Origin: an uncultured Flavobacteriales bacterium | GTDB taxonomy: Bacteria; Bacteroidota; Bacteroidia; Palsa-965 | Reading direction: 5' to 3' | Assembly: GCA_937974275.1 (NCBI GenBank) | Contig: CALJIF010000032.1 | Location: forward strand, 1,289 to 65,288 | DNA length: 64,000 nucleotides | Shown: positions 19,001 to 29,400 of the stretch, piece by piece | How the letters are laid out: the number at the start of each line of letters is the position of its first letter | Position numbering within the stretch: the first letter of the stretch is position 1 | Program-made: the position numbers and the translations under genes | The notes under the pieces: generated by a model | What the model was told of the DNA's origin: nothing | The model's database searches: none | What the model saw: only the letters and a program-made list of their open reading frames with translations

Positions 19001-19441
19001 TACTTCGCCTTCAACTGCCGAAAACCAGAAAGAATCTGAAAACGTGTAAGCCAAAGAACCGATTGCTGCACTGGCAAAAACCGCGAACATTCGGGCATCA
19101 TTTAACTCCTGGCCCATGGAAGCCACCAATTTGCGACCTAACAGCGTTAACGACCAGAACATGAACAGAATGGTGAATGCACTGGACAATCCCGACATGA
19201 TGTTAATCATAGCTGCACCTCCGTCAGCTCCGGAGCCGAACAAGGAGAAAAAGCGCCCAAACAACAAGAATGTCGGAGCTCCCGGCGGGTGACCTACCTC
19301 CAGCTTTAAACAAGAAAGGATGTACTCGCCACAGTCCCAGAAGCTTGTGGTTGGTTCAATGGTTGAAACATAGGTAAATGCCGCGATAGCGAACACCACC
19401 CAGCCGATAATGTTATTAAGCAGTTTGTACTTGGAAACCAT
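16064..19441 (-). CDS. DUF2723-type large polytopic membrane protein (GT-C-like glycosyltransferase candidate)
   Basis: 1125 aa. The N-terminal SFWDCGEYI motif and ~12 TM helices are characteristic of DUF2723 proteins, and the C-terminal domain is soluble. Confidence 0.82.
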   Translation of the reverse strand: MVSKYKLLNNIIGWVVFAIAAFTYVSTIEPTTSFWDCGEYILSCLKLEVGHPPGAPTFLLFGRFFSLFGSGADGGAAMINIMSGLSSAFTILFMFWSLTLLGRKLVASMGQELNDARMFAVFASAAIGSLAYTFSDSFWFSAVEGEVYAMSSFFTALVFWAILRWDADDTPRADKWIVFIAFMMGLSIGVHLLNLLAIPAIVMIVYFKKYEYTFKGLIISLLVAVGLLGVIQNGIIPGVVSAAANYELFFVNTIGLPFNFGTIIYFLLLIGMIVTGMQYTSAGGEKLYKRFIYVTGAFFGITVIAALMYSSVALPFITAGGVAALIYYFKDNRHLLNTILLSFSVMLIGYSTFFVLVIRSQANTPMDENNPENAISLLSYLQREQYGDWPLLYGPYYNATLDYSNPADDGNPVYAKNASSGDYQIIDHRKQTKYNWAPEMSTILPRMWEMNQSSHKREYEHWGDVKRNNVRVKVQVRTAEGLQTTTLTRPSFGANLKYFFNYQIGWMYMRYFMWNFAGKQNDIQGHGNITDGNWQSGLSATDKIDMGKAPKRLRENAANNKFFMLPLILGLIGLFFQVSKDWKNGLVVTLMFLFTGLAIVFYLNQYPLQPRERDYAYAGSFYAFAMWIGFGVYAIYDFLARYAKMAGIAGVGIATVASCTVPYIMAAQGWDDHNRSYRYTARDFAKNYLSTVDKNGVIFTNGDNDTFPLWYAQEAEGYRTDVRVLNLSLLNTDWYIEQSVRKAYDSDPVPFSLPAHKYRQGSAEQVFFPEVPEGTALPAMSARQLIDMIINNDPQVTEVRTGQDDNNEMYTDTVYTLPTNRVWIPVDKKLVKANGTVPANTPDSLILDRIEWTINKRYLLKADLMMLDLLATNNWKRPIYFAVTAGSGAYLDLEDFFRLEGLAYRLVPLKASQEGMFGEPVGCDTDIMYDKIMNQFVWGGLDDTTKNIYMDENNLRFTTNQRLQMMTLAKLLNDEGKGQKAVQVLDKCLAVMPEKHVPYEPAMVYMVQGYFTAGAADKGKKLSRQLFDMCEEEYVFYKGLNDKRGDYKSDVNRLQSAMQMLAQYAGDYGHTDMMTEYDGRLGKLGIQSPNQFRQQKPKLPFDTLLEKLRTETIPPTPESLPPTKR

Positions 19442-19527
19442 GCCTGAATTTTGTGAATGATATGCGGGCGAAGATAGGAAATTGCGGGGGAGTCGCAGTG
19501 TTAAATAAGCAGATTCCCAACTAAAAT

Positions 19528-19558
19528 TTTGTGAAAATGAAATAACTTTTTACTTTTG
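19528..19558 (+). promoter_or_regulatory. Bacteroidota-type promoter for tRNA-Gln
   Basis: TTTG (19528-19531), a 19-nt spacer, then TACTTTTG (19551-19558) matching the TAnnTTTG -7 consensus. The tRNA starts 26 nt downstream. Confidence 0.45.
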
Positions 19559-19583
19559 TCGCCCATTGCTGAAATGCAATTGA

Positions 19584-19654
19584 TGCCCGATCGTCTAATG
19601 GCAGGACTTCAGATTTTGGTTCTGACTGTGTTGGTTCGAATCCAGCTCGGGCAA
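19584..19654 (+). tRNA. tRNA-Gln (anticodon TTG)
   Basis: Folded by hand: acceptor TGCCCGA/TCGGGCA, D stem GTCT/GGAC, anticodon stem TCAGA/TCTGA with loop TT-TTG-GT, T arm GTTGG-TTCGAAT-CCAGC, discriminator A; 71 nt. Confidence 0.9.
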
Positions 19655-19655
19655 C

Positions 19656-19682
19656 AAAGCCACCTCTAAGGGTGGCTTTTTC
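19656..19682 (+). terminator. intrinsic terminator after tRNA-Gln
   Basis: A 7-bp stem AGCCACC / GGTGGCT with loop tctaag is followed by TTTTT. Confidence 0.65.
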
Positions 19683-19740
19683 ATTTTTCGCTTGCTCCTG
19701 ATGGAACTCCCCTTTGGATAATTAAGCTACCTTTGCGCCA

Positions 19741-20094
19741 ATGCAAATTCAAGTCATGAAATCAAAGATTCACCGCGTGAAAGTAACGCAGGCGGATCTG
19801 AACTACATCGGCAGTATTACCATCGACGAAAATCTGATGGACGCTGCCAATCTTATCGAAAACGAAAAGGTGCAAGTCGTTAACATTAACAACGGCGAAC
19901 GTTTGGAAACATACGTCATTAAAGGCGGCAGAGGAACCGGAACAATTTGTTTGAACGGCCCTGCGGCTCGTAAGGTGGCTGTCGGCGATATCGTTCTCGT
20001 TATTTCATACGCGTTAATGGAAGTGGAGGCAGCGAAATCGTTCACGCCTACAGTCATTTTCCCGGATGAAAACACCAATCAATTAAAATCCTGA
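19741..20094 (+). CDS. panD: aspartate 1-decarboxylase
   Basis: [24 protein letters not shown] contains the Gly-Ser self-cleavage site. At 117 aa the size is typical of PanD. Confidence 0.93.
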   Translation: MQIQVMKSKIHRVKVTQADLNYIGSITIDENLMDAANLIENEKVQVVNINNGERLETYVIKGGRGTGTICLNGPAARKVAVGDIVLVISYALMEVEAAKSFTPTVIFPDENTNQLKS

Positions 20095-20098
20095 TACA

Positions 20099-21106
20099 TT
20101 GAAAGGACGCGCGGGTCAGATCATACAGTTTGTCCTGTTTTTCGGACTTGGAGCGGGTTTGCTGTGGTGGCAATACAGCCGTTTCACAGATGTACAACGT
20201 GAACAGTTTCTAAACAGCATTCGCAATGCAGACTATTACTGGTTTGCGGTGGCGATGGGAATTGGTGCATTGTCGCATTTGTTCCGTGCGTTACGTTGGG
20301 AAATGCTGTTGCAACCACTCGGGCACAAATCAGGTTTGGGCAATCGATTTACGGCTGTAATGGTGGCTTATCTCGCTAACTACGCTTTTCCGCGTCTCGG
20401 TGAAGTATCGCGTTGCGGCTTAATTAAACGCACCGATAACATTCCGTTCAGCGAAGCATTCGGCACCGTTGTCGTAGAGCGCATCATTGATGTTTTGTGC
20501 CTCGGATTAATTTTCGTCCTGGTATTGTTGTTCCAATTTGCCGGACTAAAAAGCTTGTGGCTGGAATACATCTGGGATCCGGCTGCAGTAAAGCTAAGCG
20601 CCTTGTATGCACAGCCCGTAAAATTTTACATCGCATTAGGAAGTGTAATCGCCATTGTAAGTGCAATATATTGGTTCCGAAAAAAAATTGTCGGTTTGTT
20701 TTCTTCCAAAGCGCTCGCTTTTCTGAAAGGTATTCGTGATGGCGTGTTATCGGTAAAGCAAGTGAAACAACCTATTCTGTTTATTGTGTATTCGCTTGGC
20801 ATTTGGGGCGGATATTTACTGAGCTTGTACGTTTGTTTTTTCTGTTTTCCCGAAACACAACACTTAACCATGAACATGGCGTTGATCTTGCTGTTGTTCG
20901 GCACGTTTGGTGTGGCTTTTACTCCGGGAGGAATTGGTGCTTATCAACTTATAGTAACCGCGCTTATGATTCGGTTAACTCCCGAAACAGAACCGGCGGC
21001 GGCTTCGTTTTCCTGGTTGTGCTGGGGATCGCAAGTAGCTACGGTTGTAGTATTTACGGGCATTGCATTTCTTATTCAACCATTGCTAAATAAAGTAAAA
21101 GCATGA
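20099..21106 (+). CDS. flippase-like / lysylphosphatidylglycerol-synthase TM-domain family membrane protein (UPF0104)
   Basis: Apparent TTG start and about 8 TM helices. The ALRWEMLLQPLG motif is typical of the family. Confidence 0.72.
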   Translation: MKGRAGQIIQFVLFFGLGAGLLWWQYSRFTDVQREQFLNSIRNADYYWFAVAMGIGALSHLFRALRWEMLLQPLGHKSGLGNRFTAVMVAYLANYAFPRLGEVSRCGLIKRTDNIPFSEAFGTVVVERIIDVLCLGLIFVLVLLFQFAGLKSLWLEYIWDPAAVKLSALYAQPVKFYIALGSVIAIVSAIYWFRKKIVGLFSSKALAFLKGIRDGVLSVKQVKQPILFIVYSLGIWGGYLLSLYVCFFCFPETQHLTMNMALILLLFGTFGVAFTPGGIGAYQLIVTALMIRLTPETEPAAASFSWLCWGSQVATVVVFTGIAFLIQPLLNKVKA

Positions 21107-21597
21107 CCTACCACGAAATTATCAGTGCTAAAATTTTTTCACGCGAAGATTTGGTGCGTAAAGTCCAACGCCTGCAGTACTTCGGAAAGAAGGTCGTTTT
21201 TACCAACGGGTGTTTCGATTTGCTGCACCTCGGGCACGTGGATTACTTGGCAAAAGCTAAAGACTGTGGCGACTTTTTAATTGTCGCAGTTAATGCCGAT
21301 GAATCTGTTAAGCGTTTAAATAAAGGGGATAGTCGCCCGATACAAGACGAACATTCCCGTGCGATGATTATTGCCAACCTGCATGTAGTTGACGCGGTAA
21401 TTGTTTTTAACGAAGAGACGCCGTACGAACTGATTGCTGCACTTGTTCCCAACGTATTAGTGAAAGGAGCCGATTATCGTGTGGAGCAAATTGCAGGACA
21501 TGATGTTGTTTTGCAACACGGCGGAAAAGTGGAATTGATTGAATTGGTGCAAGGATATTCTACCAGCGCCATCGAGAAAAAAATTAAGGAAGCGTAA
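21103..21597 (+). CDS. rfaE2: D-glycero-beta-D-manno-heptose 1-phosphate adenylyltransferase-like cytidylyltransferase
   Basis: FTNGCFDLLHLGHVDYL carries the nucleotidyltransferase HxGH signature. The start overlaps the upstream stop by 4 nt. Confidence 0.82.
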   Translation: MTYHEIISAKIFSREDLVRKVQRLQYFGKKVVFTNGCFDLLHLGHVDYLAKAKDCGDFLIVAVNADESVKRLNKGDSRPIQDEHSRAMIIANLHVVDAVIVFNEETPYELIAALVPNVLVKGADYRVEQIAGHDVVLQHGGKVELIELVQGYSTSAIEKKIKEA

Positions 21598-21612
21598 ATT
21601 TCGATACGCCAC

Positions 21613-22983
21613 ATGGCTAAAACAAAAACTCAATTCTTCTGCCAGAACTGCGGCACTTCATCTCCGAAATGGATCGGCAAATGTCCGTCCTGCGGCGAAT
21701 GGAACACGTACGTGGAAGAAATTGTAGCCAAATCGAATGATCCTCGCTCCTCTCCGTTCTCTTCAAAAAGCACAGCTCGTGCGCCAAAACCATTGAAGTT
21801 AAATGAAATCAGCGGCACGGAAGAGCATCGTATTCCATTGATTGATCAGGAACTGAACCGTGTTCTTGGCGGAGGATTGGTACCCGGATCGTTGATATTG
21901 TTTGGCGGTGAGCCGGGCATCGGCAAATCGACTTTAATGTTGCAACTCGCCACGCAGGAAAAGAACCTTCGTGTGTTGTATGTTTCCGGCGAAGAAAGTG
22001 AGCAACAAATAAAAATGCGTGCGGAGCGAATCGGCATTGCGAATGAAAATTGTTTTGTGTTGACAGAAACGAATACACAAAACATATTTCAACAGATTGC
22101 GCAGATAGAACCACAACTGCTTATTGTTGATTCCATTCAGACACTGCATACCGCACATGTTGAATCGTCGCCCGGAAGTGTTTCTCAGGTTCGCGAGTGC
22201 GCCGGCGAATTGCTGCGCTATGCGAAAGAATCAAATGTTCCTGTTTTTCTGATCGGTCACATCACCAAAGAAGGATCGCTTGCCGGACCGAAAGTATTGG
22301 AACACATGGTGGATACCGTGTTACAATTCGAAGGCGATCGCAATCATGTGTACCGACTTTTGCGCACGATTAAAAATCGATTTGGCTCAACGAACGAATT
22401 AGGCATTTATGAAATGCAAGGCAGCGGTTTACGTGAAGTAGCCAATCCGTCCGAAATATTAATTACTGCGCGCGATGAACAAGTGAGCGGCGTAACGATC
22501 GCCGTATTGATGGAAGGCTTACGTCCTATGCTGATTGAGACACAAGCCTTGGTGAGTACTGCTGCGTACGGCACACCACAACGTTCTTCCACAGGATTTG
22601 ATCTTCGTCGATTAGCGATGTTGTTGGCTGTTCTCGAAAAACGATGCGGCTTTCGTTTAGGCACTAAAGATGTATTTCTGAATATAGCGGGAGGATTAAA
22701 AGTGGAAGATCCGGGAATAGATCTGGCCGTAGTTTGTGCCGTGCTCTCTTCCAACGCAGATATCCCCATTCACAACAGTATTTGTTTTGCCGCAGAAGTC
22801 GGACTGAGTGGAGAAATTCGTCCCGTGCAACGCATTGAGCAACGCATTACGGAAGCTGAAAAATTAGGATTTAAGGAAATTTATATTTCGAAATACCACA
22901 AAGGATTGAAAGCCGGTGATTACGGTATTCAGTTGCGACAGATGGGAAAAATTGAAGAAGTGTTTGCCGGATTATTCGGTTAA
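21613..22983 (+). CDS. radA: DNA repair protein RadA
   Basis: Zn finger CQNCGTSSPKWIGKCPSCGEW, Walker A GEPGIGKST, KNRFG motif and a Lon-like C-terminal domain. Confidence 0.95.
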   Translation: MAKTKTQFFCQNCGTSSPKWIGKCPSCGEWNTYVEEIVAKSNDPRSSPFSSKSTARAPKPLKLNEISGTEEHRIPLIDQELNRVLGGGLVPGSLILFGGEPGIGKSTLMLQLATQEKNLRVLYVSGEESEQQIKMRAERIGIANENCFVLTETNTQNIFQQIAQIEPQLLIVDSIQTLHTAHVESSPGSVSQVRECAGELLRYAKESNVPVFLIGHITKEGSLAGPKVLEHMVDTVLQFEGDRNHVYRLLRTIKNRFGSTNELGIYEMQGSGLREVANPSEILITARDEQVSGVTIAVLMEGLRPMLIETQALVSTAAYGTPQRSSTGFDLRRLAMLLAVLEKRCGFRLGTKDVFLNIAGGLKVEDPGIDLAVVCAVLSSNADIPIHNSICFAAEVGLSGEIRPVQRIEQRITEAEKLGFKEIYISKYHKGLKAGDYGIQLRQMGKIEEVFAGLFG

Positions 22984-22985
22984 CG

Positions 22986-24497
22986 TTAACTCTTCAGCAC
23001 AATACGGAATGTAGTGCCTTTATTGGGCTCGGAGCTTTTCACAAATATTTTCCCGTCATGATATTGCTCGATTATTCGTTTGCACAACGATAATCCCAAG
23101 CCCCATCCGCGTTGCTTTGTAGTAAAGCCCGGTTCGAAAATTGTCTTCTGCTTCGAACGCGGAATACCCTTACCGTTATCTGTAATGTCGATATATACAA
23201 ACTGTTGCTGATCGAAAACATCAATCGTGATTTTACCTTTTCCGTCCATCGCATCAACAGCATTCCGCATGATATTTTCAATTACCCAACCGAACAAAGC
23301 AACATTCACGGACGCCATCTTCACACCTGTTCCCGTGTATTCAATTTCCACTGTTTTGGGTGTTCGTGCACGCATGTATTCGATAGCCGTAGCAAGAACT
23401 TCTACCATGTTTTCGTTATTCAACTTGGGCTGAGAACCAATTTTCGAAAAACGTTCGGTAATCATTTCCAGTCGCTGAATATCGCGGCTCATTTCCTTCA
23501 GCATTGACTCCTCAACACCTTTCATTTTCAAATATTCTACCCACGCAATAAGAGAAGAAAGAGGTGTTCCCAATTGATGGGCTGTTTCCTTCGCCATACC
23601 AACCCATACCAGATTCTGTTCTGCACGGCGTGATGTACTGAACATCAAATACGCCACTACCAAAAACATACCGATAACAACAAATTGAAATACCGGGAAA
23701 TATCGTAACTGTTGCAATTGCGGTGATTCCATGTAATAAATTACATTCTTTCTCCCCGCAGCCAATGTAACATTGATCGTATCGCCCTTTTCGCGCAACG
23801 TCTGAAACATGGTTTTCAAATAATTTGCCGAATCGAGGCGGATTTGTGCTGTGTCCAAATTTCCATAAGCCAGGATTACGCTCGACAACGAGTCGGTATA
23901 AATTGCCGGCGCCGACGCAGGATTAGAAGCAACTTCCTTAATAAAAGATCGTTCGTTGTCCTCGAATGATTTACGAATGTCTTCGAAAACTTCCGAGTCT
24001 TTATAAAACAAATAATGCTGCACTCCCGGACTGATTTCAATTCGAATTGAATCGTGTTGTTTTCGCATTAATTCCAGTTGCTCCAACAAGTATTCTTGTT
24101 TTGAGTCGGATGCATCATCCAGATTCCTGAAGAGTAAAATTTTACCTTTGCTATCCGTAAGAATTACAGGAACTGTTTCGTTTTCTCGGATTACCTGAAA
24201 GACGAAACCCAAAGCGGGGCTTGAATCATCAACTTGTGCTAACAGCCGATTGGCTTCAGCCCACAACTCTACTTTCTTGCGTTCTTCACGTGCAATTTTC
24301 GTGTACAATTCGCTGGTGGCTTCCATCATTAAAGCCTTTCTCCGCACCGCTTCGGCCCACAATTCAACATTACGCTTTTCGCTTTGGGCAATTTTCTGTA
24401 CCAGCTGTGATGAATACCACAAGGAAACACCAACAATGATCAATGCCGCGATCAGCAATAACCATTTCCATTGTTGTTTGCGGGAATAAATATTCAT
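22986..24497 (-). CDS. membrane sensor histidine kinase
   Basis: H box AHQLGTPLSSL, N box ENIMRNAVDAM, G boxes DNGKGI and GWGLGLSL, plus two TM segments. Confidence 0.88.
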   Translation of the reverse strand: MNIYSRKQQWKWLLLIAALIIVGVSLWYSSQLVQKIAQSEKRNVELWAEAVRRKALMMEATSELYTKIAREERKKVELWAEANRLLAQVDDSSPALGFVFQVIRENETVPVILTDSKGKILLFRNLDDASDSKQEYLLEQLELMRKQHDSIRIEISPGVQHYLFYKDSEVFEDIRKSFEDNERSFIKEVASNPASAPAIYTDSLSSVILAYGNLDTAQIRLDSANYLKTMFQTLREKGDTINVTLAAGRKNVIYYMESPQLQQLRYFPVFQFVVIGMFLVVAYLMFSTSRRAEQNLVWVGMAKETAHQLGTPLSSLIAWVEYLKMKGVEESMLKEMSRDIQRLEMITERFSKIGSQPKLNNENMVEVLATAIEYMRARTPKTVEIEYTGTGVKMASVNVALFGWVIENIMRNAVDAMDGKGKITIDVFDQQQFVYIDITDNGKGIPRSKQKTIFEPGFTTKQRGWGLGLSLCKRIIEQYHDGKIFVKSSEPNKGTTFRIVLKS

Positions 24498-24538
24498 CAG
24501 GAAGGTTAAAGATAATCAATCACCATATTGCGTGGCGA

Positions 24539-25123
24539 TTAAATTCCGGCGTGTGTGCGGAATAGTTTCACGGCGATAGCAAGCAGTATTATTCCGAACA
24601 CTTTGCGTAACACCGCAACGCCACCAACACCAAGAAGTTTCTCCAATCTGCCGATGTTTCTTAAGACCACATATATAACACCCACATTAACTACAACACC
24701 AATGATAATCGAGAGTAAATCAAACTCTGCACGTAATGAAAGAATCGTCGTCAGTGTGCCCGTTCCGGCTAACAAAGGGAATGCTAATGGCATAACGGAT
24801 GCTGTTGCAGGAACTTCGTCTTTGTACAATCGTATTCCTAAAATCATTTCCAAAGAAAGAAAGAACAACACAAAAGAACCTGCAATGGCAAAATCAGAAA
24901 CGGTAATACCGATAAGTGAGAGAATCGGCTCGCCCACAAACAGAAAACCAATCATAATAGCGAGTGAAACCAGCGATGCTTTTTCAGCATTTAAGTCGCC
25001 AACTTTTTGTTTTAGACCAATGATAACAGGAATAGAACCTACCACATCGATAACGGCGAAAAGCACCATCGTTACAGTTCCAATTGCTTTCAAATCAAAT
25101 TCCATAGCAGCTATTTTGGACAA
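24539..25123 (-). CDS. MarC family integral membrane protein
   Basis: 194 aa with six hydrophobic helices. The N-terminus VLFAVIDVVGSIPV is typical of MarC/UPF0056. Confidence 0.82.
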   Translation of the reverse strand: MSKIAAMEFDLKAIGTVTMVLFAVIDVVGSIPVIIGLKQKVGDLNAEKASLVSLAIMIGFLFVGEPILSLIGITVSDFAIAGSFVLFFLSLEMILGIRLYKDEVPATASVMPLAFPLLAGTGTLTTILSLRAEFDLLSIIIGVVVNVGVIYVVLRNIGRLEKLLGVGGVAVLRKVFGIILLAIAVKLFRTHAGI

Positions 25124-25175
25124 AGGTAATCGCTACAGATAGACGAGCCAATTCCTGCTTATATTTACAGAAGCT

Positions 25176-26417
25176 ATGTTCGCCCGGATACTGTTATCGT
25201 TATTCCTGTTCCTCATTACCGCTTCTTCATGGGCGCAGGGCGATTTGCGTTTTTTCGGAACGGCAACGAAAGCAGGAAAACCATTAGCAGGAGCAACTGT
25301 CAACGTGCAGATGGATGGAAGAGAAATCATCAATCTCACCACCGGGAAAAATGGAAAATTCAAATTCACCATTGATATCGGCCACCAGTATAAAATTACA
25401 TATCGTGCACCCGGCTGTGTGGATATGTACATGACGATGGACTTACGTGTACCACCGGAAAAAGCGTGGATCTATCCCGACTACGTTACAGAAATTCCAT
25501 TTTTCTCTCCGGGCGATCAGGCGGTGAAAACAGAACTGTTCGGTAAGAAGCCATTCATTAAAGTTATATTCGACGGATCGAAAGGTTTTTATGATGATCC
25601 TTCGTACCGCTTTGTTGATGAAATATTAAAGGATCCTTTCGAAGAACAACGTGCCGCGCAAGCCAAAAAAGATGCAGAAGACAAAGCGCGTAAGGAAGCA
25701 GAAGAGCGCGAACGACTTGCGCGTGAATTGGATTTAAAAAATCAGGAAGCAGAACGAGAGCGCAAGGAACGTGAAGAGCGCGAAAAAAACAACAACCCTC
25801 AAAATACATCTAGCGGAAATCCGATTCGTGAATCCGAGGGCGTGGAACTTCAGCGCGAGAAAGAAGAACGTTTGCAACAAGAACGACAGAATAAAGTAGT
25901 GCGCGCACAATACGAAAACAACTTGCTGAAATTGGTAGCAGAAAGTGAAAAGAGGACGAATCTGCAACGTTATAATAAACGCAAAGAAGAAAGCGAGAGC
26001 AACTCTGTGGTTCAGGCCATGCGACGTGAAGCGGATCGCAAAGCACAAAGTGATTACTTAATTCAACTGCAAAAGGAACGTGAGAAAAAACAACTCGCTA
26101 ACAAACAAATAAAAGCGGAGCATATTCGCAAATTGGTAGAAACTGTTGCACGCATAGAACGTGACGTGCATGCGGGCAAATTAAAACCTGTAGCGTCTGT
26201 ACAAGGATTGAACTATTCTCCACATCCGCATCGTGTAGTTGCTGTTGCAAGTAATTGGTTTCGCACGCTGGAGAAAGTAGTATTCTTTTGGCCCGGAAGC
26301 CGCATGATTGAATTGAAGCAAGTTAAATACTGGTGGAGCACTTACTACTACATCGGAGAACGAGAAGTAACCGAAAAAGAATATTATGATGAGATGGCGC
26401 GCTACGATCGTCATTAG
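25176..26417 (+). CDS. secreted protein with a CarboxypepD_reg-like N-terminal domain and a long Glu/Arg/Lys coiled coil
   Basis: Signal peptide MFARILLSLFLFLITASSWAQ, the beta-sandwich-like segment GATVNVQMDG...GKFKFTI, and a charged ~200-aa repeat-like helix. Confidence 0.72.
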   Translation: MFARILLSLFLFLITASSWAQGDLRFFGTATKAGKPLAGATVNVQMDGREIINLTTGKNGKFKFTIDIGHQYKITYRAPGCVDMYMTMDLRVPPEKAWIYPDYVTEIPFFSPGDQAVKTELFGKKPFIKVIFDGSKGFYDDPSYRFVDEILKDPFEEQRAAQAKKDAEDKARKEAEERERLARELDLKNQEAERERKEREEREKNNNPQNTSSGNPIRESEGVELQREKEERLQQERQNKVVRAQYENNLLKLVAESEKRTNLQRYNKRKEESESNSVVQAMRREADRKAQSDYLIQLQKEREKKQLANKQIKAEHIRKLVETVARIERDVHAGKLKPVASVQGLNYSPHPHRVVAVASNWFRTLEKVVFFWPGSRMIELKQVKYWWSTYYYIGEREVTEKEYYDEMARYDRH

Positions 26418-29400
26418 TGTTTTGTTTGCTGCATTAAAGATGCACGCGCAAACTACCAGCTTCCTCTCTTACGGAGTGGAACAAGGACTTGTACAATCGC
26501 AGGTGCAAAGCATTGTTCAGGATAATGAAGGAAATATGTGGATTGGCACATTAGCCGGTTTATCACGTTATAATGGTCGTGGATTTGAAAATTTCACCCG
26601 TCGTAACGGACTTGCAGAAGATTGGGTCACCACTTCATATAAAGATGCTCAGGGAGACATTTGGTTCGGACATTGGGCCGGTGGTGTAAGTCGCTACAAT
26701 TCGAAAAGCAAAAAATTCGAAAGTCTTAATCTGGAAGAGTATACGCGGTTTCGATCGGTAACAGCAATAACGGAAGATCAGCAAGGCTTTTTCTGGATTG
26801 CTACAGAAGGCGCAGGAATATTTATCTATGATCCCGCAAAAAATAAAATGTTTTCTATTTCCGTGAAAGATGGACTGGCGAGCGAAAACGTTTATGATTT
26901 GTGCTTGGATGGAAACGGAAACATGTGGATTGCAACTGATCGCGGTGTTACCATTTGTGATACACGTGGCGACATCAGTTCACCAACGGCTTACACCGAT
27001 TTAAATGCTGAACGTGGTTTCCCATCGAATGCAATTACTGCCTTAGCCCTCATGAACAAAACATCCGAAATGTGGGTAGGCACTGCAGACAAAGGTGTTA
27101 TCGTGTTGCAACTACCAAACAATTTCATTGGACGCAATGCTCCTACATTGTTACCTAACCTGCGCGTTATCGGAGAAGAACAGGGCTTAACATCAAGTTT
27201 TGTTGAAGATATCTGCCCCGACTCCAGAGGCAACATTTGGCTTGGAACTACAGGAGGCGGCGCTGTTTTGATTACCCCGTTTCAAAGCTCGAATCGTCTT
27301 CAGGCAATTGATAAAGCTGTTGTTAAAGTTTACAACACGCGTCAAGGCTTGAATTATTTTAATGTGAAGAAGATCATCGAAGATCGCGAAGGAAATATTT
27401 GGATTGGCACAGATGTAGGTTTGAATTTATATCGCGGTGAACGATTTGTATTGTTCGACAAACGTGACGGACTCTCGAATGATATTGTATGGACAACACT
27501 CGTTGATAAATCGGGAAATGTGTGGTTGGGAACAAACGATGGATTAACACGACTTACGTTTGACGGAAATACATCAGGCAGTTCGTTTACAGTAACGAAT
27601 TTCGGAATTACTGAAGGACTGCGCAGTGCTGTTGTGCTTTCATTATTTGAAGATTCGCGTGGCACAATCTGGGCCGGAACCGGATTCGGTGGAGTGAGTA
27701 AACTGGAGAAAGGTTCTTCGCGTTTTGAAACATACACCACTTCGGAAGGACTTGCAGGAGATGTGGTGTATGCCATTAATGAAGACTTGCGCGGAAACAT
27801 TTGGGTTGGCACCAAAGAAGGTGTATCACGCATTGAAAATGGTAATGGTGCTATCCGCAACTATTCTACCGACGATGGACTCGGTGGCAATAACGTGTAC
27901 CGCATTTTCAGAGACAGCAAAGGAAATTTATGGTTTGGGGCTCTCGGTGGTTACCTTTCTGTGTATGATGGCAAAACGTTTACTCGTTACGATGAGACTA
28001 ATGGAATCATTCATCGTTTCATACTTTGTATTAACGAAGATGCACAACAGAACATTTGGTTAGGTGCGTATGGAGGCGGCTTGTATAAATACGATGGTCG
28101 TGTGTTTCGTAATTACACCACTAAACACGGCATGTCCACAGAAACGCCTTATGCTATAATTGCAGATGGCAACAACAAAATCTGGATTGGAAATTCAAGA
28201 GGACTCGATGTATTTAATCCGGTTGATTCCAGCTTCTCGCATTTCGGGAAGTCGGAAGGATTTAACGGAGTTGAAGTGAATCCCAATGCGGTGTTCGCTG
28301 ACAAGAACGGCAACGTGTGGTTTGGTACCATCATGGGCGCTGTTCGATATAGTCCCGGTGAGAATCGTTTAAATACGGTTGAACCTTTAACTACGTTAAC
28401 CGGTCTGAAAATTTTTATGCGTGATGCCGAGTTTCCAGAGAGCGCAGCATTCAACTACGATCAAAACCACTTAACGTTTTTATTCAACGGGGTTAGTTTA
28501 GCCAATCCTGAAAAAGTACGTTATATATACAAACTCGAAGGCTTCGACAAGGATTGGTCTCCATTGCCAACCACACATCCGGAAGCGGTGTATTCTAATT
28601 TGCCTCCAGGCGATTATACATTTCAGGTTAAAGCTTGTAACAACGACGGCGTGTGGAATAAGGAAGCTGTAACGTACAAATTCACAATACATCCTCCGTT
28701 CTGGCAAACAGCATTGTTCTATGTTTTTGTTGTATTCTTTGTCGGATTTAGCTTGTTCGGATTCGACAAATGGAGAACACGAAAACTCAAACAACAAACA
28801 CGTATTCTTGAAGAGAAAGTTGCTGAACGCACCAAAGAGTTGGCGTTGAAGAACGAAGAATTGGCTCAGAAAAACATCGAGGTTACTGATAGTATACGTT
28901 ATGCAAAACGTCTGCAAGATGCCATGTTGCAACCGTCGAAAGATGTACGCAAATCGTTGCAGGAATCGTTTGTGTTGTACAAGCCTAAAGACATCGTTTC
29001 CGGGGACTTTTACTTCATGCGTCAGCACGGTTCACGTATCTATATTGCAGCTGTTGACTGTACCGGACACGGTGTTCCGGGAGCGTTCATGAGTATTGTT
29101 ACCAATGATATGCTGGAGTCTGTTGTGGAAAATAATCCGTCGGATGCTGCGGCTACACTGCTCGACAAACTCAATCGTTTGATGAGTGACAAGATGCACC
29201 ATACCATTGATGATATGCAGGTACGTGATGGTGTAGATATTGCGTTGGCTATTTTCAATACTGCGACGAACGAATTGCAATATGCCGGTGCATACAATCA
29301 GATGTATGTTTTTAAAGATCGTCGCTTTACAGAATACAAAGGCGATAAAGTCTCTATCGGAAGTTACAAGGAGTATCCGGACAAGAACTACACCAACTAC

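Noticed and set aside
19728-19735. TACCTTTG -7-like box 5 nt upstream of the panD ATG
   Set aside because: It matches TAnnTTTG, but the only TTTG upstream is 11 nt away, which is the wrong spacing. The box would also leave no room for a 5' UTR. Too uncertain to list as a feature.
24555-25142. 195-aa plus-strand ORF antisense to the MarC gene
   Set aside because: Its translation is Thr/Pro/Ser/Ile-rich and low in complexity, and it mirrors the hydrophobic MarC frame. The minus-strand product has clear family-like TM organisation.
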